Origin: Bdellovibrionota bacterium
GTDB lineage: Bacteria > Bdellovibrionota_C > UBA2361
Assembly: GCA_044352465.1 (NCBI GenBank)
Contig: JBILDU010000006.1
Location: 1 to 58,252 of the forward strand
Direction of reading: 5' to 3'
Length of the DNA stretch: 58,252 bases
A program made the translations under genes and the position numbers. Positions 9,305 through 17,997 of the stretch are shown in pieces (within the stretch, counting starts at the first letter, position 1; each line of letters opens with the position of its first letter). The notes below the pieces were generated by a model. It searched no databases and was not told where the DNA came from. It was given only the letters and a program-made list of their open reading frames with translations.

Positions 9305-10411
9305 ATGAATCTCCTTCGCCTTTGGTTTGATCAGTCGCTTCTGGCTCACCTAACGAAGGTGGAGTTTTACTCCGCGTCTCGAAAAGACGTTCGAATCTCA
9401 ACCCGTGGAAAAGTTACCGTAACACCAACGACAGGCACATTTATTTGGTCGCATGGCGTTCGCGCATTATCACTTTTGCTTGTCAAAGCCAAAGTCGCGG
9501 CTCTAACCAGTGCGCCCAGCGAGAAGGCTATGCTTTCTGGGAGCCGGGGCTCTCTTGCAGCATCATTGGACTACGCTTTGAGCAAATCTCCAGCCTGGCT
9601 CCTCGATGTCTTTGGTACCGACCTGTCTGGCACGCCAACAGCGCTCCACCTTTTTAAACGTGTTAATCCTGAACGTAAACGCCCCGGACCGGTCGAGATA
9701 TTTCTCAATACGAAGGTCCTGTCAGCCGCAAACATTGATATCTTTGTTAATGAGGAGCGTATCCAGTCATCAGAGGGGCTATTACGCCTTTTAAAAGGAT
9801 TGGGGGGTTCGGATGATATCTCTATCCCGGAACCCCGCGACGAACTTCCAACTAATTTCGTTACTGCGCTCCCGACAATCTCCGAATTCACTTTTCGATC
9901 TCTCATGGAACTCGACTCCTTCTTCGGTAAGCTTCACTCCCAACTTCAGCGGTCACTCCCCTCCGATATCCCACTCATTGGGGAACTTCGGCACGCTTGG
10001 TGGCCGCTTCTTATGAAGCCGACAAGGGTCAAAGAGGTAAGAGCGGAAGAGCCGGTAACGTATTCGACACGTCGTTCCAGCAACCTCGATTTATGGGTAG
10101 CAAACGAATATCGGCGAAAGGCCGCCAAGGTGCTCGATGGCTCAGCATCGAATTTACCGTTCGACTTCTGGGTCTATGGGGATACCGTTTCTCAAATTTT
10201 CATACCTAACGACACCGTATCGGAAATCGAGGACCACTATGGGCACGGCCGGACGCACGAGACATTCGACCCGGACCGTTTCCGGGCTAAGTGTCTCGAA
10301 GGGCAAAATGCAGTGAAACTAGTCGTATTAAAGAATCAATCACTTGCCGAAGAGCTACGCAGACACGTTCTGTCTCAGGAGGCGCTTGATTGCAGGCGTC
10401 TCTCGGCTTAG
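9305..10411 (+). CDS. Novel 'LDYA' domain + TrmB-like C-terminal domain (copy C)
   Basis: GTFIWSHGV, GSLAASLDYALSKSPAWLLDVFG, RVNPERKRPGPV; C-terminal RHAWWPL..LDLWV..DFWVYGD. Confidence 0.8.
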   Translation: MNLLRLWFDQSLLAHLTKVEFYSASRKDVRISTRGKVTVTPTTGTFIWSHGVRALSLLLVKAKVAALTSAPSEKAMLSGSRGSLAASLDYALSKSPAWLLDVFGTDLSGTPTALHLFKRVNPERKRPGPVEIFLNTKVLSAANIDIFVNEERIQSSEGLLRLLKGLGGSDDISIPEPRDELPTNFVTALPTISEFTFRSLMELDSFFGKLHSQLQRSLPSDIPLIGELRHAWWPLLMKPTRVKEVRAEEPVTYSTRRSSNLDLWVANEYRRKAAKVLDGSASNLPFDFWVYGDTVSQIFIPNDTVSEIEDHYGHGRTHETFDPDRFRAKCLEGQNAVKLVVLKNQSLAEELRRHVLSQEALDCRRLSA

Positions 10412-10482
10412 ACGCGGAGTAAACTTAACTAGAGTACGATGCGTCCCCGTGCTAATATCCCCACGTTAATCTGAGTTGACCT

Positions 10483-11250
10483 ATGATGGAGCGATACAAT
10501 AGGACGCCAATTGACGGTGCATCTGCACCGACGCTCTCAGACCTATTCGAGCGCTATTCCGCTAACACGGACGGGAAGGAAAAGATCGCCTCCTACGTGA
10601 ATAGCTTAGGCAGGGATAATCCGGGCGCCCTAATTATCGACTTAGGTGCGGGCGACGGCCGGTTAACCCGATACCTCCTCGAAGGTTTTAACGACGTCAT
10701 CGCGGTGGAAAGGCATCCCTCTTTCATCCCCGCACTAGCAGCACTACCAGGAGTGACGCCTATTGCCTCCTCGATCGAAGATTTTAATCCAACGCGCCCC
10801 TTCGATATCGGACTTCTTTCTTATTCCCTATCCGGGATTCCAAAAGACAGGCTGCAAGACACGTTAGACCGCCTGCTTTTAGCACGGAAGGACGGGGGGC
10901 GATTGCTCTTCGTCACCTATAGGGACGGATGCGAGTGGGATCAATTTGCTGATGAGGTAGCCGCACACTTGAACCTCCCACGGACCGGAGGGCTAGCTCG
11001 ACATACAAAAGAGCTGAACGATCTTGGTTTCCACACTGAGATCATTAGTACACTCAATACCCGTATCTGGAGTGAAAACTCTCGTTCCCTCTACGAAAAC
11101 CTAGGTTTCTTCTTTCATAAGAAGATATCCGAGTACATCAATAGCGCTGATCAGTTGCAACCCGCTCTCGAGCGCCTTCAGAGTTGGGATGGCAGACAGA
11201 TGAATCTAAGCGTCGAAGAGTCGATTGTCGAGATTCTACCCCGCAGATAA
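10483..11250 (+). CDS. Class I SAM-dependent methyltransferase
   Basis: IIDLGAGDG, IAVE, FDIGL, DGGRL motifs. Confidence 0.85.
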   Translation: MMERYNRTPIDGASAPTLSDLFERYSANTDGKEKIASYVNSLGRDNPGALIIDLGAGDGRLTRYLLEGFNDVIAVERHPSFIPALAALPGVTPIASSIEDFNPTRPFDIGLLSYSLSGIPKDRLQDTLDRLLLARKDGGRLLFVTYRDGCEWDQFADEVAAHLNLPRTGGLARHTKELNDLGFHTEIISTLNTRIWSENSRSLYENLGFFFHKKISEYINSADQLQPALERLQSWDGRQMNLSVEESIVEILPRR

Positions 11251-11382
11251 ACCGGTTCCCAGCTATCTATCTCCTTCACTCCAACCACTAGTTTCCGATT
11301 TCAGGTCCGGAAACCAGATGGACGAAGCTTCGTTACTATCTCCGCCACAACGCTGTTTCTCAAACAAATTATGGAGGAGCTC

Positions 11383-11955
11383 ATGACCCACGAAATGCTG
11401 CTCGAGTTTCATGGAATAACCCCTGAACTTAGAAAGACACTCTTTCGGGAGGTGGGGGGTACGGTGAAGACCGCTGTCCGGGGTAAGACCAGCGGCGCCT
11501 TGGAGGGAGCTGGCACCTTTCAATGGACCACAGCGGTAAAGGCGCTAAGCCTCCTCGTTGTAAAAGCGGTGCTCACCGAAAGGCACACCCCCTCCCCCAC
11601 CGACGCCGCCGCTCTTTTAGGGGGGGCGGGAAGCCTTGCCGCAACGCTCGACTACGCGGTGACTAAGGAGCCTGCGTGGACCGTTGATATGTTTGGAGTA
11701 GACACCGAAGGGCGATCGCTCATAAGAAGGCTCATGAAAAGAACCAACACCGAGCGAAAGTACCCAGGACCTGTAACGGTTTCGCTTAATACCCGCGCCA
11801 TCTCCCCCACTTCGATCTCGATCTGGTGGGACGGCAAGCGAGTTGAAGACGAGATTGCGCTTCGCACCCTTGAGCGGGAACTCCTTCAGCAAACTGGGAG
11901 TGCTCACTCAAGCGAGTCCCCAGAGGACTTCTTTCAAAAATCAGCGGCAGCTTAG
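11383..11955 (+). CDS. Stand-alone novel 'LDYA' domain protein (copy D)
   Basis: GGAGG RBS; 11 substitutions and 1 inserted residue relative to copy B. Confidence 0.85.
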   Translation: MTHEMLLEFHGITPELRKTLFREVGGTVKTAVRGKTSGALEGAGTFQWTTAVKALSLLVVKAVLTERHTPSPTDAAALLGGAGSLAATLDYAVTKEPAWTVDMFGVDTEGRSLIRRLMKRTNTERKYPGPVTVSLNTRAISPTSISIWWDGKRVEDEIALRTLERELLQQTGSAHSSESPEDFFQKSAAA

Positions 11956-12175
11956 CGATGCGGGTCCCGTTAGGGGCCCCACAGAGCTACCAAGGCCTCT
12001 CGCTTTTGCAGGATGACAACAACTTTTCTACTACTGGACCTTAACCTGCTGACCCAGCAAAGTAGCTGGTAACCAATGAAAAAAGGCTCCTCCTCATACT
12101 CGCGGGGTATGGCAGGGGCCTCCAAGGGACGGTTCGGTGGACTAGCCTTCATGGAATCGGCTATCATCATGGGCG

Positions 12176-13432
12176 ATGCCTGTGCAGCACCTCGACTCAT
12201 TGCCCCATCTTTCCTTGCAGTTTCTTCAGGACCAAGCAGCCTCCCTCTCCCGAATTACCTTCAAGCATCCACTTACTCCACACGAGCTGATCTCTTATCG
12301 CGGTACCAAGACCGGACCGGGAGATGCGCTCGGGCGCGGCTTTACATGGTCCAAGGCTCTAAAAGCGCTGGCCTATCTAGTGGTAAAAACTCGATACGAA
12401 CATTTGGCAGGGAGCTCTACCCCATCGTGTATCGAAGGCGGACGGGGATCAGCCGCGGCCTCTCTCGATTACGCTCTTGGTAAGCAGCCCGTTTGGTTGC
12501 TCGACATTTTCGGGAGTGACTCAAAAGGGAAAAGTCTGGCCCACCGTTTTCTGAGACGTTTAAATCCTGAAATGAAACGAGCGGGGCCGGTTACGGTATA
12601 TCTCACCCTTGATCCGAGCTCTATTTCCGTTTCTATCGGGGAGCTGATGAGCTCTGCACCAGAAGATCTGGAGACTTTGCTCGACTCCTTCTATCCTCCT
12701 GGAGGCGCAGAGCAAGTAGGGGAAGTGAGACGGGTAGCGCAGGACCCGGTGCCAGCTACCTCAACCTCGACTGCACTCTCACCAAGTCGCTCCATAGGAA
12801 TGCTTTTAGCCTCTCTCCCCCCCGAAGATGAGGCCTGTCCATCGGAAGTCATGAATCTGTACTGCGAGCAACAGGTGGAGGAGCTGTGGAGACACGATAA
12901 GGTGGCGTATGAGGGGTACGCGCTCCCAGAGGAACGACTGCTTGCTTGGTGGTCTTCCTACCCCCTCGGACTCAAGGGCTTTTTCGCCGCAGGCAAATTA
13001 GTCGGCACTTTGAGCTTATGGCCGATGAGTGAGTCAGACTACAGTGGTCTTATTGAGGGGCGACTGCATGAAGCTGACATAAATCCGGTCCCCGTTACGC
13101 GGTCTCCCCATTTGCCAACTCCCTTTTGGTACATTGGAGGAGTATTTTTCATTGAATCATTTCAAGACAAGCAGAAATTTCGGGCTTACATCAGGCAAGC
13201 TTTTCAATCCTGGTATGAGGATCGTAACTACTCTTTTCCACTACACGTCGCAGCCCTTGGCTCAACCCCTCTAGGTTCAAGCCTGCTCAATCGTCTAGGG
13301 TTTAAAATGACCGTGTCTCCTGCTTCGATGCCCGACACCTTCCCTCTTTATACAAAAACACTTCACTCCTATGATGAACTGATGCACTGGCTTCGGCTAT
13401 TCAACGTGTCACCAACACCGACGGGTATGTAA
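12176..13432 (+). CDS. Novel 'LDYA' domain + GNAT-like C-terminal domain (copy E)
   Basis: GFTWSKAL, GSAAASLDYALGKQPVWLLDIFGSD, RLNPEMKRAGPV; C-terminal KLVGTLSLWP, WYIGGV, TPLGSSLLNRLGF (GNAT-like). Confidence 0.75.
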   Translation: MPVQHLDSLPHLSLQFLQDQAASLSRITFKHPLTPHELISYRGTKTGPGDALGRGFTWSKALKALAYLVVKTRYEHLAGSSTPSCIEGGRGSAAASLDYALGKQPVWLLDIFGSDSKGKSLAHRFLRRLNPEMKRAGPVTVYLTLDPSSISVSIGELMSSAPEDLETLLDSFYPPGGAEQVGEVRRVAQDPVPATSTSTALSPSRSIGMLLASLPPEDEACPSEVMNLYCEQQVEELWRHDKVAYEGYALPEERLLAWWSSYPLGLKGFFAAGKLVGTLSLWPMSESDYSGLIEGRLHEADINPVPVTRSPHLPTPFWYIGGVFFIESFQDKQKFRAYIRQAFQSWYEDRNYSFPLHVAALGSTPLGSSLLNRLGFKMTVSPASMPDTFPLYTKTLHSYDELMHWLRLFNVSPTPTGM

Positions 13433-13434
13433 TC

Positions 13435-13995
13435 ATGAATAACTCAAGCTATCTCTCGCCATTTTTGACCGAGCGACTCGTGAGCTCTCGAAAGGGTCTT
13501 GGTACTTTTGCAGCTCAAGATATCAGAAAAGGATCAATCCTCGCCGTCTTCGGCGGCGATATCCGGACCCACGAACAGCTGGATCAGTGCCCCGCTGATT
13601 CAAAGATGAATTGTATTCAGATATCCAAGGACCTATACCTCGTCCCGTCTCATGTCGGCGCAGGTGATCACATAAACCATTCTTGCGAACCGAACGCTGG
13701 AATTAGAGGTCAGATCGTTTTAGTGGCTCTTCGTGATATCAGGTCAGGGGAGGAGATCTGCTACGATTACGCCATGACTGATAGCTCGGATTACGACGAA
13801 TTCGAGTGTCTTTGTGGCACGCACGGCTGCCGCGGTCGAATAACGGGCAATGACTGGCGGCTTCCAGAGCTTCAGGCACGATACCGCGGCTATTTCTCAA
13901 CTTATCTGGAAGACCTTCTGCTTGGCGGTCAAGTAAACGATTCCGGCGTCTCCACTTCTAGCAATAGGCCGCTCGCTACCCAAAAGATTTTTTAA
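13435..13995 (+). CDS. SET-domain lysine methyltransferase with post-SET motif
   Basis: GLGTFA, INHSCEPN, GEEICYDY, CLCGTHGCRG. Confidence 0.92.
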   Translation: MNNSSYLSPFLTERLVSSRKGLGTFAAQDIRKGSILAVFGGDIRTHEQLDQCPADSKMNCIQISKDLYLVPSHVGAGDHINHSCEPNAGIRGQIVLVALRDIRSGEEICYDYAMTDSSDYDEFECLCGTHGCRGRITGNDWRLPELQARYRGYFSTYLEDLLLGGQVNDSGVSTSSNRPLATQKIF

Positions 13996-14416
13996 GACCT
14001 CAGATAATATTCCCAAGGGGCATGGGGGCGGGAAGTCTCTCATGACGGCGGGTGCAGGGACCTATAATTAGAGCAACGTGAGCTGATCACTGGCGAGAGA
14101 CTTCGATTCATCTGACCCGGCTCCCAGGCGCTTTTTCCTGAACTTGCGGTGGTCTACTCAAGACTGCCCCCCTCCCCCGCTCTGCTGCACCAAAGCAGCG
14201 GTCGTGGGGGCACGGATACGAGCTTAGAGGAGAATTAGCAAAATCTCTCTTCTTGCCCAATCGGTCTTACCCTCCCCTCCCCTCGCCATCGTCCTAGCTC
14301 ATAACGATTCCGACGGCATTCTGAATTCAGCCTGAATACGAATCCGGAATGCTCGAGGGGGAACCCGAGCTATCTTTGTTTTTAATAGCCTAAATCTCAA
14401 GTCTGACGGACACGCT

Positions 14417-14437
14417 ATGACCCACGAAATGCTGCTC
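14417..14437 (+). pseudogene. 21-nt stub of another stand-alone 'LDYA' gene (MTHEMLL)
   Basis: atgacccacgaaatgctgctc is identical to the first 21 nt of 6508 and 11383; sequence is unrelated afterwards. Confidence 0.7.
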
Positions 14438-14513
14438 CCCCCCTACTGGTACGCCCCAACCTTTATTTTTGATTTCGCGGAACTGTTCGCCGTAAGTCTC
14501 GATTACGGAGAGC

Positions 14514-15506
14514 ATGAGACCACGACGACAAATCCTCTCTGGAGGTATCTACGAAGTGTGTATGCGCACAGCGAAGGGTTTACCCTTTGTGGCGACGTCG
14601 TACATGAAGCAGATTATTGAAGGGATACTTGCGCGGGTACAGCGGGACCATAAAGTGACGCTCATAGACCACCTTTTTATGGGCAATCACCCGCATATCT
14701 TGATTGAAGCGGGGGATCGGGATCAGTGTAAGCGCTTCTATGGTGAGGTTCAAAAGCAGCTTACCGAGGCGATAAAGCGACTGACGGGGAGGTCGCATCT
14801 TAACCTTTGGCGGCGTAACAGCACCTCCGTTGTGTTGTACGGGGACCTTGCTGCGGTGCAGAAGCGGATTGCGTACCTGTATGCGAATCCGGCTCGAGCC
14901 AACCTCGTCGATTCGATCGAGCAGTACCCGGGGCTCTCGTCTTTTGGGGCGTTTGAGCAAGCCCCCTTAACCCTTGATGCCAAAGTAACGAAGCGGTGTC
15001 CGTGGGTCCAAGCCCCGATGATTCCGCGTCTTCCAACGCTCTCCGTTACTCCGCGACAGGACCGTGCCTTGACGGAGTCGATGAGAATTAAGGCGACGGA
15101 GCACCACGACCTAACCTATCACCCGCATAAGTGGATGCGGCGCTTTGGTATCACGACCCCTGAGGGGATCGCGGAGGTAAAGGCTGGGATTCTCCGTATC
15201 TTACGAGAGTTCGAGGAAGAGGCGCGGCAACGACGGGCTCGGGAGGGGTGGAAAGTAATGGGAGCAGCGCGGCTGCAACGCCAAGCGCTTGATATCGTCA
15301 ACTATAAGCCTTCCCCCTCCCAGAGGATATTCATCTACGCCGTTGACCCTCAGACCCGCATTCGGATGATCGAAGAGTATCGGCTCTTCTGCGAGCGGTG
15401 TGCAGAGTGCTACGAGGCGTGGAAGCGGGGCGACGCCTCCGTCCTCTGGCCCCCCGGTGCCTATCCGCCAGCACCACCGGTTAGTACCAATTGGTTCATC
15501 GGCTAG
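14514..15506 (+). mobile_element. REP-associated tyrosine transposase (RAYT, HUH/Y1 superfamily)
   Basis: YEVCMRT, FMGNHPHIL (HUH), YLYANPARANLV, YPGLSS. Confidence 0.85.
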
Positions 15507-15839
15507 AGCACTCCGTTACAGCTACTTTACCTTGTCCTCGTTACCATCTCCTCTGTGGGCGGGCCCCCTTTTGCCAATTGGATGGGTGGCGGTGGGAATG
15601 AGTGCCGAAACCGAGTGGTGAGCGCGGTCAACCTAACCTATTTAGGCTCTTAAGGGACGATTTCACTAAACCTAAGACTTTAATCGAAGGCATCAACCCA
15701 ATTCGTGCTCGGGGAGCGGCAGGAGGCTCTGGCTCTACCGGTGGGGTTGGGGCGCACGAGCAGCGGGGGGAGCAGCGGGGGGCCCAGGGGGGCGGTATTC
15801 GTGTTATACTGCTGAGGGGTGTTCCATAGGGGGATTCTG

Positions 15840-16808
15840 ATGGCGAAGAAAAGAGTTGGACTTCTAGAAGGCGCGTTTATTCAGAGTCAAATCGGGATCC
15901 TCGCGCGAGCACCGGCGACCGCGGCGCTTGAGACTGACTCACTACAAAGTGTCCTCAATAAAATGATCGACCAAAAAGTCGGCTGTATGCTTATCAGCGA
16001 TAGCTCGGGGACTATCTCAGGAATTTTCACCGAGCAAGACATTGTGAGACGGGTTTTTGGAAAAGTTTCGGAGATATCAAAGACTTCGATATCCGCTGTC
16101 ATGACACCGAAACCACAGTCGTTGAAATACAATTCAAGCATCGGGCGAGCGCTCCATCTTATGGCGGTTGGGGGCTTTCGACATATTCCCGTGCATCAAC
16201 GGGACGGATCTTGGTCGATCGTTTCGGTGCGGGATTTTATCCGCTTTCTGTACGAGAAGTTGCAGTCGCGTCAGGAGCGGGAGGATCGTGGACTTAAGGT
16301 CTTTCGGGAGGACAACGAGGTAGAGGTATTCCTGTCTGGGGTAGTATCTACGATAGAGACGCCACCAGCAGTCACAGTAGCTGAGAATACCCCGATGGCC
16401 GACGCCGTTAAAAATATGAGCCGGAACTCAACCAGCTGTCTGGTTATCACGAGTGAGGATTCAAGGCGAATCCGGGGTGTTTTTAGCGAGCGGGATCTCC
16501 TTAATAAGGTGGTTTTGCTCGAGTCGGAAGCTTTTCTAAGCCCAATCTCAGCATTTATGACGAAAGATCCGGTGACTTTTCTCCCGGACACCTCAGTTCT
16601 CCACGCGTTGCGCACAATGAATGAGCGCGCCTTCCGCCACGTGCCACTCGTTGATTTTGACGAGCAGCTCGTGGGAGTCCTGTCTATTCAGGACTTTATT
16701 CGGGCGCTCTCCGAGGAGGTGGTTCATACCCTGGCTGATAAGTCACTCAAAAAGCAAACATCTCAGGAGGAAGAAAGCCCTTCTTCGGCCCATCGCGAGG
16801 AGGACTGA
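15840..16808 (+). CDS. Tandem CBS-domain protein (4 CBS)
   Basis: GIFTEQD, FRHIPV, GVFSERD, FRHVPLVD..VGVLS. Confidence 0.9.
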   Translation: MAKKRVGLLEGAFIQSQIGILARAPATAALETDSLQSVLNKMIDQKVGCMLISDSSGTISGIFTEQDIVRRVFGKVSEISKTSISAVMTPKPQSLKYNSSIGRALHLMAVGGFRHIPVHQRDGSWSIVSVRDFIRFLYEKLQSRQEREDRGLKVFREDNEVEVFLSGVVSTIETPPAVTVAENTPMADAVKNMSRNSTSCLVITSEDSRRIRGVFSERDLLNKVVLLESEAFLSPISAFMTKDPVTFLPDTSVLHALRTMNERAFRHVPLVDFDEQLVGVLSIQDFIRALSEEVVHTLADKSLKKQTSQEEESPSSAHREED

Positions 16809-16992
16809 GACGCTGGGACTTCGGAAGCCGCTCAGGGAGGCGCCGGTTGGATAAGTTGGGGCGGACCAGGTGTGGGGGGTTGAGGGGGCGAATGGGGGGA
16901 TGCTACGGTCAGTGGCTGTTGGGCGAGCGGCAGCCTCTAAGGTGGGGGCGACCGAGCGAACGACTCAACGTCTCTCATTCGGTGATGTGTCA

Positions 16993-17868
16993 ATGTATTC
17001 CCCCTCACGTGCAACTCAAATCCTCCATAACCTCGTGGAATCCGCTTGGTTCCGTGGCCTCAGTCTGGTCCTCATCGTAGCTTCAGCGGCGATCTTAGGA
17101 CTCGAGACGAGCCCGTCGATACGAGCCTCTTACGGTGGCACTCTCAAATCGATCGAGTCGGGTATAATTACCCTCTTCATGGTTGAACTTGGGTTACGTA
17201 TCGCTGCCTATGGGAGGAGATGGCCCAACTTTTTTTCGTCGGGTTGGAATATCTTCGACGCAGTGGTGGTACTCCTCTGTCTCGTCCCATCAATAGGAGA
17301 GCTCTCCGCAGTAGCTCGGCTTGCGCGGGTCTTGCGGGCGCTCCGTCTCGTCTCTTTTCTGCCGAACCTCCAACTCCTGGTTGAAGCCCTGCTTAAAAGC
17401 TTTGCGTCGATGGGCTACGTCGCGCTCCTTCTTTCGCTCGTATTCTATGTGTATGGAATTATCGGTGTCAGTCTCTTCGCAGCTCAGTCGGCTGAATATT
17501 TTGGATCGCTGGGCGTAGCAATCATGACGCTTTTTCAGATTCTCACGTTGGAGGGATGGGTCGATGTCATGGCGCCCCAACAAGAGGTATATCCGCTGGG
17601 CGCTCCCCTCTTTTTCGTCAGCTTCATCGTTCTGGGAACGATGATCGTACTCAATCTGTTCATCGGAGTAATCGTCAACGGGATGTCAGAGGCTCAATCG
17701 GAGCTGCTCCTCAAGCGTGCCGAGGATAGCGGGGACAAGCTATATTCGACGCTCCACTCTCTGGAGGAACAGGTGAAACAACTGCGCTCAGTCATCGAGG
17801 AAACCCGTTCAGCGCAGGCCACATCGCAGCAGCGAGGCTCGAGCGAACCGGCGCGGGCAGTGGGATAA
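16993..17868 (+). CDS. 6-TM voltage-gated cation channel (BacNav-like) with TLEGWVD filter
   Basis: WNIFD, S4 RLARVLRALR, pore TLFQILTLEGWVD, S6 LNLFIGVIV, C-terminal coiled coil. Confidence 0.92.
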   Translation: MYSPSRATQILHNLVESAWFRGLSLVLIVASAAILGLETSPSIRASYGGTLKSIESGIITLFMVELGLRIAAYGRRWPNFFSSGWNIFDAVVVLLCLVPSIGELSAVARLARVLRALRLVSFLPNLQLLVEALLKSFASMGYVALLLSLVFYVYGIIGVSLFAAQSAEYFGSLGVAIMTLFQILTLEGWVDVMAPQQEVYPLGAPLFFVSFIVLGTMIVLNLFIGVIVNGMSEAQSELLLKRAEDSGDKLYSTLHSLEEQVKQLRSVIEETRSAQATSQQRGSSEPARAVG

Positions 17869-17997
17869 GGAGACGAGCCGAGCGACCTCTCTCATCAGCC
17901 GTCGCTGTCTCTCCCCCATAAATGGACTCGCCTAATCTTTCGGCGCTCCCGAAACGAGGCGCTATCAAAAAGCGCCCTGTTCGGCTACACTGCGTTT

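Noticed and set aside
14417..14620. 67-aa ORF as a real gene
   Set aside because: Only the first 7 codons are homologous to B/D; the rest overlaps the RAYT out of frame
15507..15830. REP/REPIN elements flanking the RAYT
   Set aside because: Only short GC-rich repeats (gagcagcggggg x2); no convincing repeated palindromes on both sides
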